Part shown: positions 57,624-64,000 of the stretch, in pieces
Layout of the letters: every line of letters starts with the position of its first letter
Numbering within the stretch: the first letter of the stretch is position 1
Assembly: GCA_043767805.1 (NCBI GenBank)
Contig: JAYUGC010000014.1
Span: 1 to 64,000 of the forward strand
Reading direction: 5' to 3'
DNA from: Pseudomonadota bacterium
Lineage (GTDB): Bacteria > Bdellovibrionota > FAC87 > UBA2466
Length of the DNA: 64,000 nucleotides
Notes under the pieces: model-generated
The model's database searches: none
What the model saw: the letters and a program-made list of their open reading frames with translations, nothing else
Told to the model about the DNA's origin: nothing
Position numbers and translations under genes: made by a program

Positions 57624-58495
57624 TAGCGGCCAGAGTCGTGTATGAGCTGCGCGAACTTCGCCTGTCCGTTCGGGCCGAGGTGATAGCAGTCGACGCTGAA
57701 GTACTCTGCGAGAAAATCGGTACTCAGCGCGCCCAGCATGATTTCAAACGAGTTGAACTTGGAGCGGTGATTCCATTTGTCCACGAGCACGGACATCGCG
57801 AGGTCCAAAGCTTCCGAGCGCGGCTTGACGAACTCTTCCAAGGTTCCGTCTTTGGCCTTGCGCGCAAAGCCCATGCAGTAGGGAAAGAACTTGTTCCAGG
57901 AATCCTCGCAGCGGTACTCCGTTTTGCCGTGGTACCAGACGTGGCCCTTTAAGGTCGCGAACACTTTATCCACGCGGGCCATCGGAATGAGAATGGCGCG
58001 CGAGCCGGAATGGGTCGCGTCCCATTTGGAGAGCGCGCGATCGAAGCCCTGAATGATTCCCGCGACGAGATCCTCCACGGCGGCGGGGTTGTCGCAAAGA
58101 TCGTTGTGACCGGAGAAGAAGAAGGCGAGGGCGCCTGAGCCCTGCTCCACGAGCTGGGATTTCAGGTCTCCCGCCTTCGACGCGGTCACCGCATGATTCT
58201 CAACTTCCACGACTGAGCCATCACGGCGCAAGATATCCGCGAGCTGATTGGGCCAAGCGCGTTTCTTGTCTTCGTGGGCCGCGATGTAGTGACCCTCACC
58301 GGTGAGCCGAAACATCGCGCCGTCCGACATGATTTTCCCGATGTCCTTCAGAGAAGGCGGGTTCATCAGACTCAAGTGGCTCAGGAAACCGGCGGTGAGA
58401 GAGTCGCCGTAGGTCTCCAGGCGATAACCCGACGAGGCGAGCGCAACCGTGCTCAAAAAAAAGGAGAGATAAGTCCAGGCGCGGAACGGTGGCAT
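57620..58495 (-). CDS. SGNH/GDSL hydrolase
   Basis: YGDSLTAG, GHNDLC, DCYH. Confidence 0.85.
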   Translation of the reverse strand: MPPFRAWTYLSFFLSTVALASSGYRLETYGDSLTAGFLSHLSLMNPPSLKDIGKIMSDGAMFRLTGEGHYIAAHEDKKRAWPNQLADILRRDGSVVEVENHAVTASKAGDLKSQLVEQGSGALAFFFSGHNDLCDNPAAVEDLVAGIIQGFDRALSKWDATHSGSRAILIPMARVDKVFATLKGHVWYHGKTEYRCEDSWNKFFPYCMGFARKAKDGTLEEFVKPRSEALDLAMSVLVDKWNHRSKFNSFEIMLGALSTDFLAEYFSVDCYHLGPNGQAKFAQLIHDSGRY

Positions 58496-58645
58496 GTGAG
58501 ACCCCTCAAAAACCTAACTTTGACTTACCGCGACGAAGGAGGCCCGGGAAGAAAAAAGTCTCCGCGCTGGGGAATCTTTTTCCGCCTAGCGGAACTGTTT
58601 TCCCCTATCAGCGTATCGGTTTTCAGGGATTTCAGCGAGTTAAAG

Positions 58646-58661
58646 TGGCATCGGGGTTGCA
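58646..58661 (+). promoter_or_regulatory. sigma-54 promoter of the flg operon
   Basis: TGGCATCGGGGTTGCA (GG-N10-GC). Confidence 0.75.
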
Positions 58662-58725
58662 GGAGAGAAGAGACGCACCCCTTCGTCTTCTTATCGGTTT
58701 TTTTCCCCCAGTACTTGAGAGGCAA

Positions 58726-59571
58726 ATGGATAAAGGAATCTATACGGCGCTTTCGGGCGGCATCGCTCGGGGCCACGAAGTCGAGATCCTCGCCAACAAC
58801 TTGGCGAACGTGAACACGCCTGGCTTCAAGCGCGATCAGGGGACGTTCAACGAGTATCTCACCGAGCTTCGGCGTCCGGACTCGGTGGAAGGCTTGAAGC
58901 GGGAGATCGTCAACGCCGCTTCGCCGGACGGCCGTCCAGCGGGCGATAAAAGTTTCGTCGAGATGGACGGGGTCTATACGGATTATCGCCAAGGCGCGCT
59001 TCAAAAGACCAACCGCGATCTAGACGTCGCCATCGACGGCAAAGGTTTCTTCGAAGTGCTCACGCCGGCGGGCATTCGTTACTCACGCCAGGGAAATTTC
59101 ACCTTGGACGGAGAGGGCCGCCTCGTAAACGGCGCGGGCCATCTCGTGCTCGCCCGCGATCCTCGTTTGACGCAAACCCTGCCAGCGGGAGCTCGCTTCG
59201 AGCCCACCGCGCCTGAATCGCGCGTCATTCAGATGGGCCGTATCGGCCGTCCTGAAATGACGCCCGACGGCCGCGTGATGCAGAACGGCGCGGAAGTTGC
59301 GAGTCTTTCTATCGTCGAGTTTCATGAGTCTCAGTGGCTCGAGAAGATGGGCAACGGCTTGTACCGCAACACGCACGAGAACAATTTAAAGCACGCGGCG
59401 CCGGAAAGCTCCATTCATCAAGGCTTCATCGAAGGCTCCAACGTAAACCCCGTCCAAGAAATGACCCGCCTCATCGAGGCCACTCGCGCCTATGAGTCCC
59501 AGCTGCAAACCATCAAATCCTACGGCGAGATCGATTCGCGTTCCGTGAACGACATCGCCCGTCAACGTTAA
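58726..59571 (+). CDS. flgF: Flagellar basal-body rod protein
   Basis: MDKGIYTALSG, ANNLANVNTPGFK, YSRQGNF, EGSNVN. Confidence 0.88.
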   Translation: MDKGIYTALSGGIARGHEVEILANNLANVNTPGFKRDQGTFNEYLTELRRPDSVEGLKREIVNAASPDGRPAGDKSFVEMDGVYTDYRQGALQKTNRDLDVAIDGKGFFEVLTPAGIRYSRQGNFTLDGEGRLVNGAGHLVLARDPRLTQTLPAGARFEPTAPESRVIQMGRIGRPEMTPDGRVMQNGAEVASLSIVEFHESQWLEKMGNGLYRNTHENNLKHAAPESSIHQGFIEGSNVNPVQEMTRLIEATRAYESQLQTIKSYGEIDSRSVNDIARQR

Positions 59572-59601
59572 CCCTCTGCTCAACTTTTTGGAGAAGAACC
59601 C

Positions 59602-60384
59602 ATGGTAAACGCTCTGCACTCCGCCGCTTCCGGCATGGAAGCTCAAATGGAGCAAATCGAAAACATCGCCAACAACCTGGCCAATGTGAACACCACGGGC
59701 TTCAAGCGCTCCCGCGCCGAGTTTCAGGATCTTTTGTACGAGACCTTGCAGGAGCCCGGAGCGAATACCTCCGCGCAGACTCAAGCGCCGGTCGGCATTC
59801 AGCGCGGCATGGGCGTTACCGTCTCGGGAACCCAGCGTAATTTCGAGCAGGGCTCTCCCCAGAGCACGAACCGCGATCTCGACGTCATGATCAAAGGCGA
59901 CGGCTTCTTCGTGGTCCAGCTTCCCAATGGCGAACCGGGCTTCCGCCGGGACGGCTCCTTCTTTAAGAGCGCGAACGGCCGCATCGAGACCAACGACGGC
60001 TATCCGCTGCAGCCGGAAATCGTCGTGCCTCAGGGCGCGCGGAAAATCGAAATCTCGGAAGAGGGGGAAGTGCGCGCGGTCTTCAACGAGAACGAGAAAA
60101 CCCAGATCGGGCAAATTCAGCTCGCTACTTTCGTCAATAACGGCGGCTTGAAAACCATGGGTAAGAACATTTACCTCGCGACCGAAGCGAGCGGCCCGGC
60201 CAATCTCGCCACTCCGGGTGACGGGCTCGCGGGCGGTCTTCTGCAGCAGCATTTGGAAGCGTCCAATGTCGACATCGTGCGCGAGATGACGAATATGATT
60301 TCCGCCCAGCGCGCCTTCGAGCTCAACTCGAAGGTGGTCCAGTCCGTCGATCAAATTCTCCAACACACGGTGAGCATCCGATGA
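59602..60384 (+). CDS. flgG: Flagellar distal rod protein
   Basis: ANNLANVNTTGFKRSRAEFQDLLY, LEASNVD, QRAFELNSK. Confidence 0.95.
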   Translation: MVNALHSAASGMEAQMEQIENIANNLANVNTTGFKRSRAEFQDLLYETLQEPGANTSAQTQAPVGIQRGMGVTVSGTQRNFEQGSPQSTNRDLDVMIKGDGFFVVQLPNGEPGFRRDGSFFKSANGRIETNDGYPLQPEIVVPQGARKIEISEEGEVRAVFNENEKTQIGQIQLATFVNNGGLKTMGKNIYLATEASGPANLATPGDGLAGGLLQQHLEASNVDIVREMTNMISAQRAFELNSKVVQSVDQILQHTVSIR

Positions 60385-61004
60385 AAAAATGGCTGATTCT
60401 GCTTCTCGCCGCTAGCGCTTACGGCGCCAGCACGCCCGAAGCGGCTCTCGAAAAAGCGGTACGTAAATCATTGGGTCATCCCGCCACCGTCGAGGTTCAT
60501 AAGGTGAGCCTCAATCTTCCGTGGCCGGGAAACGCCGAAGTGCGTCTCTTGAATCCCGATCACCCCTATGGCCTGGTGGCCTTCGAAGGGGGAGGGGTGA
60601 ACGGAACCGCGGAAGTGCGGGCGGTGGCGAGCGTCGTCGTTGCTTCCATGCCTATCTACGACGGTGATTCGTTCACGTCGAGCAACACCCGATTAGAAGA
60701 GCGCGAGCTTACGCGAGTAGCGGCCGGCGGGTACCACACTGATTTAAAGACGCTCGCTCCCATGCGCGCGCGCGGGCGGGTGATGGCTGGCTCGGTCATC
60801 GGCATTCGACAGACTCAGGCCCCGGTGCTGGTACAGCCCGGCCAGCTGGTCGATCTCGTCATCGATCGCAACGGCATGAAGGTGAAAGCCCGGGTCGAAG
60901 CGCTGCAGAGAGGCCGCGACCAGGAGTGGATCCGCGTGCGCAATCCCAGCACCAAAAAAGTGCTCCAGGCGAAAGTGGTCGAAGAGGGCACGGTTACCCT
61001 CTAG
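60381..61004 (+). CDS. flgA: P-ring formation chaperone
   Basis: SAF-like C-terminus ALQRG...IRVRNPSTKKV; position after flgG. Confidence 0.85.
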   Translation: MKKWLILLLAASAYGASTPEAALEKAVRKSLGHPATVEVHKVSLNLPWPGNAEVRLLNPDHPYGLVAFEGGGVNGTAEVRAVASVVVASMPIYDGDSFTSSNTRLEERELTRVAAGGYHTDLKTLAPMRARGRVMAGSVIGIRQTQAPVLVQPGQLVDLVIDRNGMKVKARVEALQRGRDQEWIRVRNPSTKKVLQAKVVEEGTVTL

Positions 61005-61014
61005 AGGAGAAGTT

Positions 61015-61647
61015 ATGCGTTGGATTTCCTTTTTTCTGTTTAGCGTCCTGGCGGTAGCGGCTCTTGGGGGCTGTGCCACGGCGGACTTGCGTCCCATAGT
61101 CGATAACAAAAAGCCCAAGCCGGTCGTCGTTGCGCCCCGCAAGGAATGCCCGAAAGAACTGGGCTCCATTTGGTGTGAGAACTCCGACTGGAACGACATC
61201 TATTCGGAAGCGCCCAATCGTTTCCCGGGCGATACCATTTTGGTCAAGCTCACGCCTCGCTTTAGACAGCAGATGCTCCGCCGCCTGAAGCACGACTACC
61301 CCATCCGCGTGAAAACTAAGGTCGAGGGGGTCGACAAGCTGAAGCCCAAGGTCGTCGCCAAGATCGAAAATACCAGCAATGCTTTGGCGGACGACGATAC
61401 CCAGCAGATTTACGTGACCATCACCGAAGTGCTCCCGCGCTATCTCTACAAAGTGAAAGCGCAGGAGACCGTTCGTCTCGGATCCCGCGAGCCTATCATC
61501 ACCCTTGAGGGCGAGATTCGTAACCGCGACATCCAGGGCGACGAAAGCGTCAGCTCGGACAACATCATGAATAGCGCCTTCGACGTGAAGCCGTACGGCG
61601 GCGATCGCCAGATCGCCTCGGAAGAAGCAGCTGAGGAAAACTCATGA
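61015..61647 (+). CDS. flgH: Flagellar L-ring lipoprotein (divergent)
   Basis: Lipobox LGGC; GSIW, GDTILV, GEIR-x-x-DI; between flgA and flgI. Confidence 0.75.
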   Translation: MRWISFFLFSVLAVAALGGCATADLRPIVDNKKPKPVVVAPRKECPKELGSIWCENSDWNDIYSEAPNRFPGDTILVKLTPRFRQQMLRRLKHDYPIRVKTKVEGVDKLKPKVVAKIENTSNALADDDTQQIYVTITEVLPRYLYKVKAQETVRLGSREPIITLEGEIRNRDIQGDESVSSDNIMNSAFDVKPYGGDRQIASEEAAEENS

Positions 61648-62687
61648 AAACCCTTTTACTGGCCCTCTCTCTGTGCGCGGGTTCGGCTCACGCGACCCGC
61701 ATCAAGGATCTCGCTCAGATCCGGGGCGCGCGCACCAATCAGCTTTCGGGCTACGGCTTGGTCGTCGGTCTCTCCAATACCGGCGATAAGAGCTTCGCGC
61801 TCACCGATAGCTCGCTGGCTCTCATCGTCAAAGGGCTTGGCGTCGAGCAAAAGCCCAACGGCAAATCGGAAAGCCGAAACGCCGCGGCGGTCATGGTCAC
61901 GACGGTCCTCCCGGCGTTCAGCCGGGTAGGCTCCCAGCTTGACGTCACCGTATCGTCTATCGGCACCGCCACGTCTCTCGATGGCGGCACGCTCATGATG
62001 ACGGCGTTAAAAGGCGCGGACGGCAAAATTTACTCCATGGCGCAAGGCAAGCTCGTGACCACGAAGCGCAATGAGCGCATTCGCGGCGGTCCCACGGGAC
62101 AGAGCATGGTGACGGCGGGTATTCCCGGCGGCGGTCTCGTCGAAAAAGAAGTGCAGTTCGACATGACCCAGCAGCACGAGATCGAGTACCAGCTGCTCGC
62201 GGCGGATTTTACGACTTCCGCTCGGATCGCGCGCGCCATTAACGAGGAGCTCGGCGGCAAGTACGCCACCCCTCAAGACGCCGGCGCGGTGCACGTGATT
62301 TTTCCTTACTCCCACACGGGCACGCCGGTGGATCTCATCGCGCAGATCGAGAACATCGAAGTCGAAGCCGACAGACGCGCGAAGATCGTCATCAACCAGC
62401 GTACCGGCACCATCGTGCTCGGCTCGCAGGTGAAAATTTTGCCCGTCGCCATCGCTCACAACAACTTGTCCGTCGAAGTGCGCGAGCCCGCGTCCATTTC
62501 GGCGAGCGGCCTGGGTCTTGAAGCCCCCGCGAAGCCCCGTCGCGTGATGATGATGGAAAGAGGCGCCACCATGGCGGACCTCGTTTCCGGATTAAACGAA
62601 ATGGGAGCGTCCGCCGACGATCTTGTCGCACTGGTTCAATCGTTAAAAGTCTCTGGGGCGCTTGTGGCCGAGGTGGTGATACAATGA
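61644..62687 (+). CDS. flgI: Flagellar P-ring protein
   Basis: RIKDLA...NQLSGYGLVVGL, NAAAVMVT, INQRTGTIV. Confidence 0.95.
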   Translation: MKTLLLALSLCAGSAHATRIKDLAQIRGARTNQLSGYGLVVGLSNTGDKSFALTDSSLALIVKGLGVEQKPNGKSESRNAAAVMVTTVLPAFSRVGSQLDVTVSSIGTATSLDGGTLMMTALKGADGKIYSMAQGKLVTTKRNERIRGGPTGQSMVTAGIPGGGLVEKEVQFDMTQQHEIEYQLLAADFTTSARIARAINEELGGKYATPQDAGAVHVIFPYSHTGTPVDLIAQIENIEVEADRRAKIVINQRTGTIVLGSQVKILPVAIAHNNLSVEVREPASISASGLGLEAPAKPRRVMMMERGATMADLVSGLNEMGASADDLVALVQSLKVSGALVAEVVIQ

Positions 62688-62980
62688 AAATAGCCCCACC
62701 CGCATCATCGCCCATGGCCCAAGCTCCCCAAGACGCTCAGAACGCCCAAGACGAAAAGCTCATGGCCGTTTCCAAGCAGTTCGAGGGGATCTTCGTGAAC
62801 CAAATGGTTTCGGCCATGCGTAAAACGGTAGTGCGTCAGGGTATCGTGCCTGAGAGTCACGCTGAGCGCGTCTATCAGGGCATGCTGGACCAAGAGCATG
62901 CGCAGCACATCACGGAAAGCGGCGAGCTCGGCCTCGCCAACTTGGTGTACCAGCATTTGAAGACTCAATCGTCTCGGTGA
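62684..62980 (+). CDS. flgJ: Rod-binding protein (short FlgJ, no muramidase domain)
   Basis: QFEGIFVNQMVSAMRKTV, GLANLVYQHL. Confidence 0.85.
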   Translation: MKIAPPASSPMAQAPQDAQNAQDEKLMAVSKQFEGIFVNQMVSAMRKTVVRQGIVPESHAERVYQGMLDQEHAQHITESGELGLANLVYQHLKTQSSR

Positions 62981-63011
62981 TACACTAGAGACGTAGACCA
63001 AAGGAGACGCC

Positions 63012-63338
63012 ATGAAGGTCACTAATAATCCGTCCGCCAATACGCAGCTCATCGACTCGACGCGTGCTGCTTCAACCACCAAAGGGACGGAAAAAGCCAT
63101 CGAAAGCGGCCGCAAGGCGGCGTCGGCGGCGGGCTCTCAAGTGACGATTTCTGAACGGGCTCAGCTGATGAACCAGGCTTCGGAAGTCGCTCACAATGCT
63201 CCCGACGTTCGCCGGGAAAAAGTGGACGCGCTGAAAGCTCAGATTCTGGGCGGCACCTACAAGATCGACAGCGAGACCATCGCCGAGAAGCTCCTCCAGA
63301 GCCACGTCGATTCCGATTTCGGCAAAAATAATCTGTAA
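63012..63338 (+). CDS. flgM: Anti-sigma-28 factor
   Basis: VTIS...REKVDALKAQI-x-x-GTYKID...IAEKL. Confidence 0.9.
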   Translation: MKVTNNPSANTQLIDSTRAASTTKGTEKAIESGRKAASAAGSQVTISERAQLMNQASEVAHNAPDVRREKVDALKAQILGGTYKIDSETIAEKLLQSHVDSDFGKNNL

Positions 63339-63410
63339 GCAATCGACCTCCTGAAAGATAAGGACGATTGTCCTGAGCCGTAGGCGAAGGATCCTCTCCT
63401 TAAATTGACC

Positions 63411-63890
63411 ATGGAACAGGCACACGCGCACGTCTTCGACCTCCACGAGGAGTGTATTCGGCTCTGTGCGGAGCTACGTCTTTGCCTGGGCCGGGAGCGG
63501 GCATTTCTGGTCGAGCTGAAGGTCTCCGAAATTCCTCACGTGACGCTCCAGAAGGAAAGCCTCGTGCTTTCCCTGACGAGAAAGCGCCGGGAGCTCAAAG
63601 AGTACATCCTGCATTGTTACGGCTACGAGAAAGTCTCCTTGTTCGCGGAGAAGCTCGAAGGCGACGATCGCGCGCGCTGGATCGAACGCGAGACGCGCTG
63701 GCGGATGGAATGGACCGAACTTCGCCAGGCCGTTCGCAGCAACCAAGATTTTTTGAAGCATTCCCTCAAAATGTTCTCGACCCTCGCCGACAGCCTCAAG
63801 CGCTGTCTGGGCGAGCCGTCTCTGTACTCGGCCAAGGGCGCGCGGGTAGAGACTCAAGTCGAAGGCAAAGTCGTCGCTGGCAGTTACTAA
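63411..63890 (+). CDS. flgN: Flagellar export chaperone
   Basis: Helical protein between flgM and flgK, C-terminal YSAKG. Confidence 0.75.
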   Translation: MEQAHAHVFDLHEECIRLCAELRLCLGRERAFLVELKVSEIPHVTLQKESLVLSLTRKRRELKEYILHCYGYEKVSLFAEKLEGDDRARWIERETRWRMEWTELRQAVRSNQDFLKHSLKMFSTLADSLKRCLGEPSLYSAKGARVETQVEGKVVAGSY

Positions 63891-63908
63891 TTCCCCGAAG
63901 AGGAGCGC

Positions 63909-64000
63909 ATGGCGATTTCAGAAATCCTCGATATCGGTAAATCGGGCATGGCGGCCAACCGCCAGGCGATGAATACGGCTTCGAACAACATCGCCAACGC
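63909..64000 (+). CDS. flgK: Hook-associated protein 1, N-terminus (runs off window)
   Basis: MAISEILDIGKSGMAANRQAMNTASNNIAN; GAGGAG RBS. Confidence 0.85.
   Translation, partial: MAISEILDIGKSGMAANRQAMNTASNNIAN

Noticed and set aside
58489..58725. N-terminal extensions given by the ORF track (flgF, also HU, infA and the ABC ATPase)
   Set aside because: Downstream starts have RBSs and match family N-termini; the extensions overlap promoters
63371..63391. TCC-TGA-GCC-GTA-GGC-GAA-GGA hairpin between flgM and flgN as a ribozyme or structured RNA
   Set aside because: Lacks the hammerhead CUGANGA/GAAA core; single short copy, resembling common small intergenic hairpins

Overview
A gene-dense, GC-rich bacterial chromosome segment. 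Gene content suggests a Bdellovibrionota/Oligoflexia-like or related deltaproteobacterial organism (TIGR02147-family regulator, 'VGNG' secreted protein, FHA-GAF sigma-54 activator, flgFGAHIJMNK order); this is inference. Recognisable blocks are phoBR-pstSCAB-phoU, kmo-kynA, hutG-hutF, tRNA-Gln, HU, SAM decarboxylase, infA, a SlyD-like PPIase, a serpin and a flagellar rod/ring operon. Less ordinary elements: (i) a dispersed family of ~27-bp palindromic repeats arranged as REPIN-like doublets; (ii) an 11-gene lipid uptake/catabolism-like cluster (GMC oxidase, aldehyde dehydrogenase, PLP aldolase-like enzyme, ABC/LolA-like/DUF1302 transport, fatty-acid hydroxylase) that may degrade sphingoid bases; (iii) a self-contained Ser/Thr kinase > FHA-GAF-sigma54 activator > sigma-54 promoter > outer-membrane protein module; (iv) a Fur-box-flanked flavodoxin fused to an unknown domain; (v) sigma-28 promoters in front of non-flagellar genes, including a globin lacking the proximal His; (vi) several secreted enzymes with unusual catalytic motifs; (vii) a cytochrome c peroxidase gene remnant. 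All calls come from reading motifs by eye; no database searches were run.
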